NCBI GenBank assembly: GCA_965214605.1
Contig: OZ243961.1
Span: 2,144,001-2,208,000, forward strand
Length of the DNA: 64,000 nt
DNA from: an uncultured Candidatus Binatia bacterium
GTDB lineage: Bacteria; Desulfobacterota; Binatia; Bin18
Direction: 5' to 3'
The notes below the pieces were generated by a model. That model worked only from the letters and a program-made list of their open reading frames with translations. It was not told the DNA's origin and searched no databases. How positions within the stretch are numbered: position 1 is the first letter of the stretch; every line of letters starts with the position of its first letter. The translations under genes were made by a program, and so were the position numbers. Below are positions 8,629-18,923 of this stretch, one piece after another.

Positions 8629-10557
8629 CTAAAAGCGCAGGATCAAACGGCCTTGGACGCCGGAGTCCATCCCCCCCTCGTGCGTCAGGGTGGTCTCTCC
8701 ACTGACCTGGGCGACTAGGTGTGCACCAACCCCGAACTCAATGCCGCCGCCAAAGACTGCGTCCGGCTCGTTGTCGGCCACCTTGCCGGAGACGGTTTGG
8801 CCGGAGCCAAGCCTTCCCCTGACCTGCTCTTCATCGCCAAAGTCGTGCTCGCCGGCGATGCGCAGATGCGGCGCGACCCACACGTCGCCAAACTGCAGCA
8901 GGCTGGACATCTGGCCGCCGATAAAGCCGACCCAGCTTTCGTGAACGCTGCTTCGAACCGACAAGGCAAGCGGGCCGGCGTTTTCCCGGTAGCCGTCAAG
9001 TTGAGATTCGGTCCAGCGGCCGCCAATGATCGGTCCGAAGATTGTGTTGCCATATTGGAAGTTATAGCCGCCGCTCAGGAGGGCGAACCAGGTTGATCCT
9101 TTCGGGTCGGCTGAGGCGTTGGGGCGCGGGCTAAAGCCGGTTGGCCGCGAGAAGCGGTAGTCGTCCGCAGCATAGCCGACGGCCGCGTCAATATACACCA
9201 CCCGGTTGCTCACCGTGCCGTAGATGGTTCCGAACCAGCTCTCCAGGTCGGCCCGGCCTCGTCCTTCGTCCAACTCCAGATCGGCCTCGCTGTAACCAAA
9301 CCCAGCCCCGAGCATCGCCAACTGATGGAACCGCCAGTCTAACCCGAGCATCCCGGTAGTCGTGTCATAATCAAAGCGGCGCTGGCCAGCGCCGCCGTCC
9401 CGGTCGCCCATACCGAAGTCGCCAGTGAGATGCAGGGAGAACTTTCCCACCGCAACCTCGGTGCCTGTGCCGAACCCGGAACGCGCGGACAGCAAGCGGG
9501 CTTCCATCAGGCGCTGTTGCGAGCGCGACGACAGCAGGCCCAGCATAGAACGGGCAGTTATGTCTGCCCCGGCGTTGGCCTTCATGGCGAGATAGGCGGC
9601 AACGTATTGGCCAGCAAGCTGGTGCGTCCGGGCGGTCGGATGGATACCGTCGTAGAATATGCCGGCGTCGGTCATCTCCGGAGTCGCACAGCTACGCACC
9701 TCAGAGCTGGACACTTCCGTATAGAAACAGGGCCGCTTTGTATAGGTAAAGCCGTAGAGAGCCGGGTTATCCAGCATATCAGCGAACAAATCGTCCATTG
9801 CCACAAGCGTGATGTCAAGGCTACGGACGGATTCAAGCGTGGTCACAGCTGTGAGCAGGGCGGTATTGTGGGCAGCGGTCAACTGGCTGAGGCTGGCTGA
9901 GAGCGCCGGGCCGAGGACTGTAGCGCGTGGCGTACTGCCCATATCTGGCAGGTTCAGAACGGCAAACCTTTTCTGACCGGCCTGAGCCAGCCTGCCGATG
10001 CCGGTGGCGATATTGCCGACGACCGTGCCGACAAGGGCTTGAGGATTGGGCACGCCGGTGGCAACCCGGTCAGCATAGTCTTGAGCTCCGACGAAGTAGA
10101 CGGCGAGGCTGTTCGGACCAGTCACTCCTCCCTCGATCGCTCTGCCGACCTGATCGAGCGCGTCAACATTCAGCAGGTTGAGCAACGCGGCAACAGACGG
10201 GTTTGGAGAGAAGTTCGTCTCTCCCGACTCCGCACCTGCAAAGGCGAAGTTAAAGACGGCTGACTCAGGGACATCGAGCAAGCTGGGCAGCGCCTCGGCA
10301 TATGTTGGGCCGTTGGAGAACCGGCCCGGGTAATACGGCGGACTAGGCGGCTGTACCGGCACCAGGAGGGGATACTGTGCGTTCAGGGCGGCGGTTGCCC
10401 GGTGCAGGTTGCCGTTGTCGGTCAGGCTGTCGCCGATGAAGAACAGGCTGTCCTGGGCCATAGCCGGCCGGCAGGTCAGCACGCCAGCCACCAGCAGCCC
10501 TACAGCGAGACTGTAGCGGACAAACCGCTGACTCTCTCCTGTGGTCTGTAATGTCAA
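8629..10557 (-). CDS. GDSL/SGNH esterase autotransporter (EstA-like)
   Basis: Signal peptide, FIGDSLTDNGN, GRFSNG, NFAFAGA, DGIHPT, C-terminal beta-barrel ending in F. Confidence 0.9.
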   Translation of the reverse strand: MTLQTTGESQRFVRYSLAVGLLVAGVLTCRPAMAQDSLFFIGDSLTDNGNLHRATAALNAQYPLLVPVQPPSPPYYPGRFSNGPTYAEALPSLLDVPESAVFNFAFAGAESGETNFSPNPSVAALLNLLNVDALDQVGRAIEGGVTGPNSLAVYFVGAQDYADRVATGVPNPQALVGTVVGNIATGIGRLAQAGQKRFAVLNLPDMGSTPRATVLGPALSASLSQLTAAHNTALLTAVTTLESVRSLDITLVAMDDLFADMLDNPALYGFTYTKRPCFYTEVSSSEVRSCATPEMTDAGIFYDGIHPTARTHQLAGQYVAAYLAMKANAGADITARSMLGLLSSRSQQRLMEARLLSARSGFGTGTEVAVGKFSLHLTGDFGMGDRDGGAGQRRFDYDTTTGMLGLDWRFHQLAMLGAGFGYSEADLELDEGRGRADLESWFGTIYGTVSNRVVYIDAAVGYAADDYRFSRPTGFSPRPNASADPKGSTWFALLSGGYNFQYGNTIFGPIIGGRWTESQLDGYRENAGPLALSVRSSVHESWVGFIGGQMSSLLQFGDVWVAPHLRIAGEHDFGDEEQVRGRLGSGQTVSGKVADNEPDAVFGGGIEFGVGAHLVAQVSGETTLTHEGGMDSGVQGRLILRF

Positions 10558-10607
10558 TACCGTACTCTCCTTGTCCTCAAGAGTCTCCGTGTCGGATGAA
10601 GGGGTGT

Positions 10608-11816
10608 CTAGGCATCGGTGAAGGCCGGTGCAACCTTGGTCGCAAACAGCTCAATGTCTTCTATCAGCTGCGCTTGCGGCTCCAAGCCGTTATAGGCCAC
10701 CAGCGAAAAATACTCGAACGGAATCTCACTATAGATCTCGTCGATCTGGTGTTTTACCTCGTCCACTGTGCCAGCCACAATCAGGCCGGTATTCATCACC
10801 CGCTCCAACATTGAGCCCTGTCCTTCGGACAGCAGCACGGGGAAAAAATGGACAGCAAACTGTGAGAAGAATGGCACGATCGTCCTGTCTACTTTCTCAT
10901 ACGCCTCTTGGCGCGTTTTGCCAACAAACAGGAAGCGCAGCAAGCCCTGACCCTGGCCCTGGCTGAGGGTTTTTCCTGCCTGGGCCGCACCCTCACGATA
11001 GGCGAGGTCCTGCTTTCGGGCGCCCTGCATGGGCGCGAAATAACAGCAGGTGAATCCCTCTTGTCCCGACCAATAGGCGGACTCGGCACTGCCCGACGAG
11101 CTGATGAACACCGGCGGGTGCGGTTTTTGATACGGGGCCGGGACTACGCTGATCTGACGCACCCGGTTCTGTTCGTCGATCTCGCCCGGCGCGCCGTACT
11201 CTTGGGCGCAGGGGTAGGCCGGATAGTGCTCAATGCCGGCGTACGGGTAAGGCACTTGGAAATACTCCCCGTCGTGGGCAAAGCTCTGCTGTGTCCAGGC
11301 TTTCTTCACAATCGCGACCATTTCGCGAAAGATCTGCTGGTTGTTCTCATCGGCCTCAGCCTGCTCGGGTGATTCCCGGTGCGACAGAGTGGGGAGCGAT
11401 TGGTAGGCCTGGCCCAAGGTCCGGACCCATCGTGCCTGGTAACCACGGGCAAACCCGACAAAAAAGCGGCCTTTCAGAATATGATCCAACAGTGCGGTCT
11501 CTTCAGCCACCCGCAGCGGGTTATGCGTGCCCATCACATAGCCTAGTTGGCCCATCCGCATGCGCTTGGCATACGGCCCGAGCCAGGCGTTCATGATGCC
11601 CGGACAGGGGAGCATCTCAAACCCCTCGGAATGAAAATGGTGCTCAATAAAACTCATTCCCCAATAGCCCAGCTCATCGGCCGCTCTGACAATGTCGACC
11701 ATGCCATCAATGATCTCGGCATACTTTTCAACGTTCCGTCCAACCGGCCTCAGCCGTTTGCGCTCAGCGTTAGAACTGACCGGCATAGACGGGACTATCT
11801 GAATCATTGTCTTCAC
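10608..11816 (-). CDS. LLM-class (luciferase-like) flavin-dependent oxidoreductase
   Basis: EHHF, NPLRVAEE.ALLD..L.GR...G.ARGY, PYQKPHPP, GTVDEV. Confidence 0.9.
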   Translation of the reverse strand: MKTMIQIVPSMPVSSNAERKRLRPVGRNVEKYAEIIDGMVDIVRAADELGYWGMSFIEHHFHSEGFEMLPCPGIMNAWLGPYAKRMRMGQLGYVMGTHNPLRVAEETALLDHILKGRFFVGFARGYQARWVRTLGQAYQSLPTLSHRESPEQAEADENNQQIFREMVAIVKKAWTQQSFAHDGEYFQVPYPYAGIEHYPAYPCAQEYGAPGEIDEQNRVRQISVVPAPYQKPHPPVFISSSGSAESAYWSGQEGFTCCYFAPMQGARKQDLAYREGAAQAGKTLSQGQGQGLLRFLFVGKTRQEAYEKVDRTIVPFFSQFAVHFFPVLLSEGQGSMLERVMNTGLIVAGTVDEVKHQIDEIYSEIPFEYFSLVAYNGLEPQAQLIEDIELFATKVAPAFTDA

Positions 11817-11950
11817 CCATGTCCTCCTTGCTGTGCCTCTTAAACCTGCTCAGTCTCACAGCGTCAAGACCGCCCATATCTGTTTTTCTCTCTTCCTAAC
11901 TTGCATCCATGTCCGAGGTTTTATATAGCTCCGGCCAGACACGCCGTACA

Positions 11951-12003
11951 ATACGGTTTACCCTCTCTTCTCTTCCTGATCCAAAGGCCAGGATAAACCA
12001 CAT
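11951..12003 (+). repeat. Leader hairpin element copy 2
   Basis: ATACGGTTTACCCT...AGGATAAACCACAT, just before AAGGAGG and the ATG at 12023. Confidence 0.65.
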
Positions 12004-12022
12004 CGACGCAAGGAGGAAGCAT

Positions 12023-13159
12023 ATGGGGCTGGCTGACCTACGTGATTGCGCGTGTATCGTCGGAGTCGGCGATACTCCGCAAGGCTCGGTGCCAGAAAAA
12101 ACAGGCGATGAGCTGGCCATTGACGCCGCTAGGGCCGCCCTTGATGACTGTGGGCTCAACAAAGACGATATCGAGGGTTTGTTTGTCCAACCTAGCTATG
12201 GGCGTCAGGGTGATTACCTCAAAGTCGGGCTGATGCTCGGCCTGAATCCCAAGGTCGGTGGCGCGGTTGAGGCGTCAGGCGCAACAGGCTGTTACATGAT
12301 TCAGCATGCCGCCCTGCTGCTCAACGCTGGGATGGCCAATTATATTTTGCTAGTCTATGGCACCAACCAGAAAACCACCCGCAACCGCTTTGGCGCAGCG
12401 TTGCTTGAAGAGCACGCTCCTTACGGCGGTTTTAATCCCTCCGGGCCGTTTGCATTCGCCTTTCGTCGCCACATGTACCTGTACGGTACGACTGAGGAAC
12501 AGCTAGCGACGATTGCGATTAACCAGCGCACGCACGCCAGGCTCAACCCCAAAGCTGTACAAAAAACGCTCCTGACGCTCGACACCTATATGAACGCCCG
12601 CTACATTGTCCGGCCGCTGCGCCTGTTTGACTACTGCTACATCACCGATGGTGGCCACGCGTTTATTCTCACCACCCCCGAACGCGCCAACAACCTCAAG
12701 AAACCTCCGGTGTCTATCTGTGGCATGGGTCGTCAAGAAGCCTTTCGGGCCTATGAAACGCCCGATCTGGTCATGCAGAGCTTTCAGCAGGAAGCCGTGG
12801 CCAAGATGGTCTTTGACATGGCCGATATGAGCGTGCGAGACATCCAAGCTCTGTACGTGCAAGACGCCTATAGCCCAGCCGTGATCGCCGCTCTGGAAAA
12901 TTATGGCTTTTGCCCGCGCGGCGAAGCCGGCCGCTGGATTCAGGACGGGCGGATCGGCCTAGGTGGGGAGCTGCCGCTCAACGTCAATGGCGGCCAGCTA
13001 TCCGAGACCTACATGGTTGGCTGGCAGAACACCTGCGACGCGGTGCGCCAGCTGCGGGGCGAGTGTGGCCTCCGTCAAATCCACGACGTCGAACGGATCA
13101 TGTGTACCTACACTGGCGGATTGCGCGAGCACGCTGGCGCCCTCATTCTACGGAGATAA
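12023..13159 (+). CDS. Thiolase-superfamily protein (SCP-x/Ltp2-like)
   Basis: CIVGVG, HARLNPKA, PLRLFDYC..TDGG, GELPLNVNGGQLSE, VRQLRG; start moved to the ATG after AAGGAGG. Confidence 0.9.
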   Translation: MGLADLRDCACIVGVGDTPQGSVPEKTGDELAIDAARAALDDCGLNKDDIEGLFVQPSYGRQGDYLKVGLMLGLNPKVGGAVEASGATGCYMIQHAALLLNAGMANYILLVYGTNQKTTRNRFGAALLEEHAPYGGFNPSGPFAFAFRRHMYLYGTTEEQLATIAINQRTHARLNPKAVQKTLLTLDTYMNARYIVRPLRLFDYCYITDGGHAFILTTPERANNLKKPPVSICGMGRQEAFRAYETPDLVMQSFQQEAVAKMVFDMADMSVRDIQALYVQDAYSPAVIAALENYGFCPRGEAGRWIQDGRIGLGGELPLNVNGGQLSETYMVGWQNTCDAVRQLRGECGLRQIHDVERIMCTYTGGLREHAGALILRR

Positions 13160-13163
13160 ACCC

Positions 13164-13574
13164 GTGGCCGCCTATAAAAAACCCCTCCCCGCTATTGAAA
13201 AATGGAACGCGCCCTACTGGCAGGCGGCCAAGCGGCATGAGTTTGTGGCTCAAAGGTGTCGGAGCTGCGACTATATTCATCTCCCGCCCGGTCCGGTGTG
13301 CACCAACTGTCTGAGTGCCGACCAAGACTGGGTGCCGCTGAGCGGCAGAGGTACGATCTATTCCTACGGCGTGTATTATCAACGCTGGCACGAGGGCTTT
13401 GCCGATGACATTCCCTACAACGTTGCCCTTATCGACCTGAAAGAAGGACCACAGATCGTTAGCCAGATCATAGGGTGTGAGAACGACGAATTAGACTGCG
13501 GCCTGGCTGTCGAAGTGGTGTTCGACGATGTCACCCCTGATGTGAGCCTGCCGAAGTTTCGCCTAATGCAATAA
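13164..13574 (+). CDS. DUF35 Zn-ribbon/OB-fold acyl-CoA-binding partner
   Basis: QRCRSC..IHLPPGPVCTNC, SGRGTIYSY, PYNVALIDLKEG, LPKF; GTG start after GGAG. Confidence 0.92.
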   Translation: MAAYKKPLPAIEKWNAPYWQAAKRHEFVAQRCRSCDYIHLPPGPVCTNCLSADQDWVPLSGRGTIYSYGVYYQRWHEGFADDIPYNVALIDLKEGPQIVSQIIGCENDELDCGLAVEVVFDDVTPDVSLPKFRLMQ

Positions 13575-13584
13575 GGAGGACAGT

Positions 13585-14484
13585 ATGAAGATCGGATTTA
13601 TTGGACTCGGAAATATGGGTGGTCCCATGGCCTCCCACATCCTTGCCGCTGGTCATTCGGTGACCGTGTACGATATCCGTAAAGAAGCCGCCGCCCCACA
13701 GCTTGATCACGGCGCCCGGTGGGCCGACAGCCCGCGCGCCGTGGCAGCGACGAGTGAGATTGTCCTCACCTCGCTGCCCGGCCCCAAGCAGGTCGAAGAG
13801 GTCGCCCTGGGAGAGGGCGGCGTCCTACAGGGGGCGGAGTCGGACAGTGTGTATATTGACCTGTCAACCAGCTCTCCAACTCTGATTCGTGAGATCTGCG
13901 CCACCTTTCAGGAAAAAAATGTTCACGTGTTAGACGCACCGGTCAGCGGCGGGCCGATCGGCGCCCAAGCCGCCACACTGGCGGTGATGGTTGGAGGAGA
14001 CAGAACCGTGTACGATCGGGTCAAACCGGTGTTAGACGTGATTGGCGACAAGGTCTCTTATGTGGGTGGTATAGGCTGCGGAGAAATTGCCAAAATCGTC
14101 CACAATATGATCGGTATTTGTAGTCTCTCCCTGTTAGCCGAGGGTTTAACGCTGGGCGTCAAAGCCGGGGTTGATCCGCAAGCTCTCCTCCAAGCCATTC
14201 AAGACGGCGCGGTGGGTCAGGGTTTGATGCTGAACTACATGGTGCCGGAAGTCGTCTTCAAGGGCGATTTTGACACCGCCCGCTTTGCCCTGCGCTGGGC
14301 GCGCAAGGATATTGGCCTTGCCACCGAGCTGGGACGTGAGTTTGAGGTGCCGCTCAAGGTGGCCAATGTGATTGAACAGGAGTTTGTTGAAGCCATGGCC
14401 CGGGGCTGGGGTGAGCGGGATTCCAGCGCACCGTTTGCTCTCCAGGAAGAGCGGGCCAAGGTGACGGTTCGCGTGGCTGAGTGA
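13585..14484 (+). CDS. NAD(P)-dependent beta-hydroxyacid dehydrogenase (3-hydroxyisobutyrate dehydrogenase family)
   Basis: IGFIGLGNMG, DAPVSGG, KIVHN, KDIGLA. Confidence 0.93.
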   Translation: MKIGFIGLGNMGGPMASHILAAGHSVTVYDIRKEAAAPQLDHGARWADSPRAVAATSEIVLTSLPGPKQVEEVALGEGGVLQGAESDSVYIDLSTSSPTLIREICATFQEKNVHVLDAPVSGGPIGAQAATLAVMVGGDRTVYDRVKPVLDVIGDKVSYVGGIGCGEIAKIVHNMIGICSLSLLAEGLTLGVKAGVDPQALLQAIQDGAVGQGLMLNYMVPEVVFKGDFDTARFALRWARKDIGLATELGREFEVPLKVANVIEQEFVEAMARGWGERDSSAPFALQEERAKVTVRVAE

Positions 14485-14503
14485 GGGCGTCTCGCTCCGG
14501 CGT

Positions 14504-15004
14504 CTACTGCGCCGCAATCGCGTCCAGCCCAGCCTGTGCGGCCTCGATATCTTCGGCCTCCGTCCCTCCGCTGGCGCCAATTCCACCCAGGAGCTTGCCA
14601 CTAACCATGATAGGTAAGCCGCCGCCCGCTGGCAGCAAGGGCTCGCCTATCAGCTTTTGGACGCTTTTAAATAGTTGGGGGCGACCCGTGGCCAACTCTT
14701 CAACGGAGGCTGACGGGCGGCTGAAGGTAGCCGAGGTCAGGGCTTTGCTGTAGGCCACCTTCGGCGTCATCCAACGCGCGCCATCCATACGGACCATGGC
14801 TACCGGACGACCAAAATTATCGACCACGGCAAAGCTCATTGCCCAGCCTGCTTGTTCGGCTTTGGCTTTGGCCGCGGCAATAATCGACTCGGCCATGGCC
14901 AGACTCACCAGAGACGGGGCGTCGGCTTCTTGGGCCCGTACCGAAGGTGAGCTGAGGACGAGGCTGACAATGACCCACAGGCCAACGATAGATATCTTTT
15001 TCAT
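14504..15004 (-). CDS. GlcG/HbpS-family heme-binding protein with signal peptide
   Basis: AVVD..G....RMDGA, KALTS, GGGLPI...G..LGGIGASGG; start reassigned to MKKISIV. Confidence 0.88.
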   Translation of the reverse strand: MKKISIVGLWVIVSLVLSSPSVRAQEADAPSLVSLAMAESIIAAAKAKAEQAGWAMSFAVVDNFGRPVAMVRMDGARWMTPKVAYSKALTSATFSRPSASVEELATGRPQLFKSVQKLIGEPLLPAGGGLPIMVSGKLLGGIGASGGTEAEDIEAAQAGLDAIAAQ

Positions 15005-15053
15005 ACCGTTTCTCTCCCTATTACAATCGACACGATACTCCACCGAGAGGGCT

Positions 15054-16733
15054 TTAGGCGGCGGCCCGCAGCACCTGTCCGGGCAGCACTCCGGTGTGTT
15101 GCTGCTCGGCATATAAGACTTGACCGTTGACAACCGTGTACTGCACGCCCCGGGCTGGCATGACTAAGCGGCGACCGCCGCCCGGGAGATCGTGGCGCAT
15201 CTCCGGCCGACGTCCAGAGCCAATCGTCTGGTAATCAAAAATCGCGAGATCAGCGGCCAGTCCCACAGCCAAGCGGCCCCTGTCCTGAATGCCGAAGAAA
15301 TGAGCTGGCTCTGTGGTCAGCCGCTGGACGGCTCGTTCAAGCGTCATGACCTGCTTGTCACGTACCCAAGTGCCGAGCAGGTAGGTGCAGTAGCCTGCGT
15401 CGCATAGCATATCAACGTGCGCCCCACCGTCGGATAGGCCGATCATGGCGCGGGGATCGGTGATCAGATCGGGAATCAGGTCCTCATTCGCGTTGAACAG
15501 GACAATGGTGTACTGCAGCCGCAGCTCATCTTCGAGGGCTAGGTCCAGAAAGGTATCCAGCCCATCCTTACCCCGCTCGGCCGCAATGTCGGCCACTGTC
15601 CTCCCTTCCAGCGGCCTCATGGTTGGATTGGTGACTTCTTTGACCTCCAACCGCTCCCACTTCCCGGAAAAAATACGCGGAGTTTCTAGCTCCGTGCGAA
15701 AGGCTTGGCGGAAGTCGGGGTCGCGGTAGACCTGCATCTGCTCTTCGACTGAGCGGTTAAAGACCGGGTTCCAGGACGGATGGTTAGCAAAGATGAACGG
15801 ATTACGCAGATCAATCTGAATTACAAACGGCCGACAGGTGACCTGTGGTACGCCGCCGCGCTTAATGAGCGGCTCGGCCTTACTCAGCATGTCTAGTCCA
15901 GCAGTCGGCTTGTCATCGCGACTAATCACCCCCAGCCAAGTCACCGGCCGGCCGCTTTCGGTCAGCAGAAAATCGACCAGATCGTACTCCTCGTCCGAGA
16001 TCTCGCCGGCGGTTGCTGTAAGCGCGAGTTCCATGGTACCTCGGCCAAGCCCTTTGAGCACATTGGCATAGGCTTTCAGTTCGTCGCGGCTGGCTTGGCG
16101 GCAGGCCAGAGGACGTGCCTGATAGCCGATGTGTTGAGGAATCGCGGTGGTAGTTATGCCTAAGGCTCCAGCCAACATAGCTTCCTTGAGCAAGGCTTTA
16201 ATCTGCCCAATTTCATCCGGGGCAGCAGCTCGGTCCATTGAGTCTTCGCCCATCACAAAGTGACGAAACGGGGTGAGCGGCGCCAGAAATCCGAGGTTAA
16301 TCCCTGAGCCTCGTTTTTGTGCGGCCTGCATATACTCGGGAAAGCTGACCCAGTCCCAGGTAATGCCTTTGCTCAGAACTTCGATGGGAATGGCCTCAAC
16401 ATTCACCAGGTCCCAGGCTGCGACTTCTTGGACCTCGGGCCGACAAGGAGCCAGACCAACTCCGCAATTGCCCATAACCACGCTGGTCACACCGTGCCAA
16501 CTCGAGCAGCTGATGAGCGGGTCCCAACAAATCTGGGCGTCATAATGGGTGTGGGGATCAATAAAGCCTGGTGAGACAATCAGGTCCGAGGCGTCAATAA
16601 CCTGCTGAGCTGCGTCTTTGATCTTGCCGATCTCGACAATCCGGCCATCCGCAATAGCAACGTCTGCCTGAAAACGTGGCCCGCCTGTTCCATCCACAAC
16701 AGTACCGTTCCGAATCAATACATCGTAGGCCAT
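15054..16733 (-). CDS. N-acyl-D-amino-acid deacylase-like amidohydrolase
   Basis: GTVVDGTG, PGFIDPHTHYD, GNCG, SDGGAH. Confidence 0.92.
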   Translation of the reverse strand: MAYDVLIRNGTVVDGTGGPRFQADVAIADGRIVEIGKIKDAAQQVIDASDLIVSPGFIDPHTHYDAQICWDPLISCSSWHGVTSVVMGNCGVGLAPCRPEVQEVAAWDLVNVEAIPIEVLSKGITWDWVSFPEYMQAAQKRGSGINLGFLAPLTPFRHFVMGEDSMDRAAAPDEIGQIKALLKEAMLAGALGITTTAIPQHIGYQARPLACRQASRDELKAYANVLKGLGRGTMELALTATAGEISDEEYDLVDFLLTESGRPVTWLGVISRDDKPTAGLDMLSKAEPLIKRGGVPQVTCRPFVIQIDLRNPFIFANHPSWNPVFNRSVEEQMQVYRDPDFRQAFRTELETPRIFSGKWERLEVKEVTNPTMRPLEGRTVADIAAERGKDGLDTFLDLALEDELRLQYTIVLFNANEDLIPDLITDPRAMIGLSDGGAHVDMLCDAGYCTYLLGTWVRDKQVMTLERAVQRLTTEPAHFFGIQDRGRLAVGLAADLAIFDYQTIGSGRRPEMRHDLPGGGRRLVMPARGVQYTVVNGQVLYAEQQHTGVLPGQVLRAAA

Positions 16734-16753
16734 GACATCCTCACTTGTGTAAA

Positions 16754-16792
16754 ATGTGGTTCATCCTGACTCTTGGGGCAGGATGGACCGCA
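16754..16792 (-). repeat. Leader hairpin element copy 3
   Basis: TGTGGTTCATCCTG / CAGGATGGACCGCA arms, about 20 nt upstream of the 16733 start. Confidence 0.7.
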
Positions 16793-17185
16793 CCGGTGCT
16801 ACCAACACTAGCCTATCTCGAAAGCTTTCGTCAAGCGCGAGACTCCGTCCAGATCATCGTTCTGAGGCGTCTCCTAGGCGAGAGATCCCTCGTAGCAACC
16901 GCAGGCAACGCTGAGGAGCGGAAAACTCAAGGGCGGCAACTGCCCCACTCGATAATGAGCGATTGCAACCAACACGCCGGCACGCTCGCCGCCGGCGTGA
17001 GGTTTCGTTTATGACTAAGCCCAGTAACGGCCTCGGGGTCAGGACGGCACCAAGGCCGAATTGTCTGACTTAAGGGTTTGCCATACCAACATGAGGTGTC
17101 TTGCCTTTCGGTCTAGGCAGTGTAATGCCTGACGTGCTAAGAGGGCACGAGCGTCTGATCCAACAGAACACGAGGAGGACACAAC

Positions 17186-17728
17186 GTGGCAGACGACCAT
17201 CCTCATGGCCACCATCACGGTCCAGGTTTCCGTTTCTGTCCCAGATGCGGGGGGCGGCTGGAACGCAAAAAAGTCAAGGCCAATGAGCCCGAGCGGCGCG
17301 TGTGTGGTCGCTGTGCGTTTATCTCCTACGAAGATCCCAAAATCGCGGCCTGCACCATCCCGGTCATCGACAATAAGATCGTTCTGCTCAAACGCGGTAT
17401 CGAGCCCAGCCATGGCAAGTGGGTCTTTCCTGGCGGATTTATGGATCGGGGCGAACGGGTGGAGGACGCGGCCATTCGGGAAACCTGGGAAGAGGTCAAT
17501 CTCAAAGTCGAAATCGACCGGCTGCTCAACATCTACTCGTATACCGGTTACCCGGTCGTTATCGTGGTCTATCTGGTCAATGTCGTGGGCGGAGAGCTCA
17601 AAGCCATGGACGAAACCCTCGAGACGATGATCGTTGCTCCAGACGAGATCCCGTGGGATGAGCTGGCCTTTGACAGTACCCGGGACGCGCTGCGGGAGTA
17701 TGTGGCCTTAGTGACCACTTCGTCCTAG
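17186..17728 (+). CDS. NUDIX hydrolase with N-terminal Zn ribbon
   Basis: FCPRCG...CGRC; Nudix box GGFMDRGERVEDAAIRETWEEVNL. Confidence 0.93.
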   Translation: MADDHPHGHHHGPGFRFCPRCGGRLERKKVKANEPERRVCGRCAFISYEDPKIAACTIPVIDNKIVLLKRGIEPSHGKWVFPGGFMDRGERVEDAAIRETWEEVNLKVEIDRLLNIYSYTGYPVVIVVYLVNVVGGELKAMDETLETMIVAPDEIPWDELAFDSTRDALREYVALVTTSS

Positions 17729-17757
17729 GGACGATCGGCGAACCGTCCTCCACGCCT

Positions 17758-18573
17758 TTAGTCCAACCACTCGCGCTGACCCTTAATAAAGCCGGTCACA
17801 CTATCTACCGTTGTCTGCGGCCGCTCAATATTGAACAGATGGCTGGCGTTGGACAGGATGAGAAGCTCGGCATTTGGAATCCGGCGCGATAACACCACCG
17901 AGTTCTCAGGGGGGACTAAACCGTCCTGCTTGCCGGTAATGACCAAGCTGGGGACGTTGATCTGGGGCAGGCGCGCATAGGTATCGTGGCCCTGGATGGC
18001 TGCCATTTGGCTGACCATACCGTGCTTGGGTGTCGGATGGACTGCCGACAGCCGATTTAACTCAAGCAGAGAATCCATATGTTTCTGCATGAACCACGGC
18101 GTCACCGCCACCTTGGTCATAGCTAGGGCAGCTTCTTCGACGCTCACCGATTCAATATGCTCCAACATATGTAGCACCTCAGGGTCGTTGGAGAGCATCG
18201 TGTGCTCACCCCCGCAGTTTGTACAGCCAAGGGTCAGGCTTTTCACCCGCTCGGGATGGCGTAGAGCGAGTTCCTGGGCAATCATCCCGCCCATCGAAAT
18301 GCCGAAAATATGGGCGCTGTCGATGTCTAAGCCGTCCAGAAGCCCCGCCGTGTCGTCTGCGAACATCGGCATTGAGTACGGTTCATCCGGCTTATCACTC
18401 TGGCCCACGCCCCGGTTATCGAACGCAATCGTCCGAAAAGATTGGGCAAAGAGCGGGATATTCCAGCGCCAGCCGATAGAGCTGACGGTAAAGCCCATGA
18501 TCAGAATCAACGGCTCGCCACTGCCGTGTTCTTCATAGTATAGCGAAATTCCGTTGGATTGGAGATGCGGCAT
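17758..18573 (-). CDS. Alpha/beta hydrolase (3-oxoadipate enol-lactonase-like)
   Basis: FDNRGVGQSD, GISMGG, GKQD, ASH. Confidence 0.92.
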   Translation of the reverse strand: MPHLQSNGISLYYEEHGSGEPLILIMGFTVSSIGWRWNIPLFAQSFRTIAFDNRGVGQSDKPDEPYSMPMFADDTAGLLDGLDIDSAHIFGISMGGMIAQELALRHPERVKSLTLGCTNCGGEHTMLSNDPEVLHMLEHIESVSVEEAALAMTKVAVTPWFMQKHMDSLLELNRLSAVHPTPKHGMVSQMAAIQGHDTYARLPQINVPSLVITGKQDGLVPPENSVVLSRRIPNAELLILSNASHLFNIERPQTTVDSVTGFIKGQREWLD

Positions 18574-18588
18574 AGCTTAACCCCTCCT

Positions 18589-18858
18589 TTACAGATAGGG
18601 AATAAAATTCTTCATCGCCGACAGCAGAGCTTCGAGGTCGGCGTAGCCTTCCAACTCGTCGTATAGGAAATAATACTGGCTGCGGACCTCGTTCTCGTCT
18701 TGTTCGTTCTCGTCCACCGATACCGCGGCCTCAAATTCTTTGAGCATGGCTTGAGTCTGGAGTTTTGTCTCAACTGGAATCGTATCGTCGGTCGCAATCA
18801 CCAGACGCGTCTGATGGATCAGGCGGCCAACGATATAGGCATTACTGTGTTCGGTCAT
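18589..18858 (-). CDS. Small acidic hypothetical protein (MTEHSNAY..., 89 aa)
   Basis: GAGGTG before the ATG; co-directional with neighbours; its 5' part is duplicated at 20984-21104. Confidence 0.75.
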   Translation of the reverse strand: MTEHSNAYIVGRLIHQTRLVIATDDTIPVETKLQTQAMLKEFEAAVSVDENEQDENEVRSQYYFLYDELEGYADLEALLSAMKNFIPYL

Positions 18859-18923
18859 ATACACCTCGGTCAGACGTTTACGAGCTCTCACCCAGCTTTT
18901 TCTCTTTCAACTCCCGCTTCCAG
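18664..18923. repeat. Direct repeat, left copy (260 bp): 5' part of the small gene + 3' end of the TPR gene
   Basis: Matches 20984-21169 apart from a 74-bp deletion (equivalent to 18761-18834) and 3 substitutions. Confidence 0.92.
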
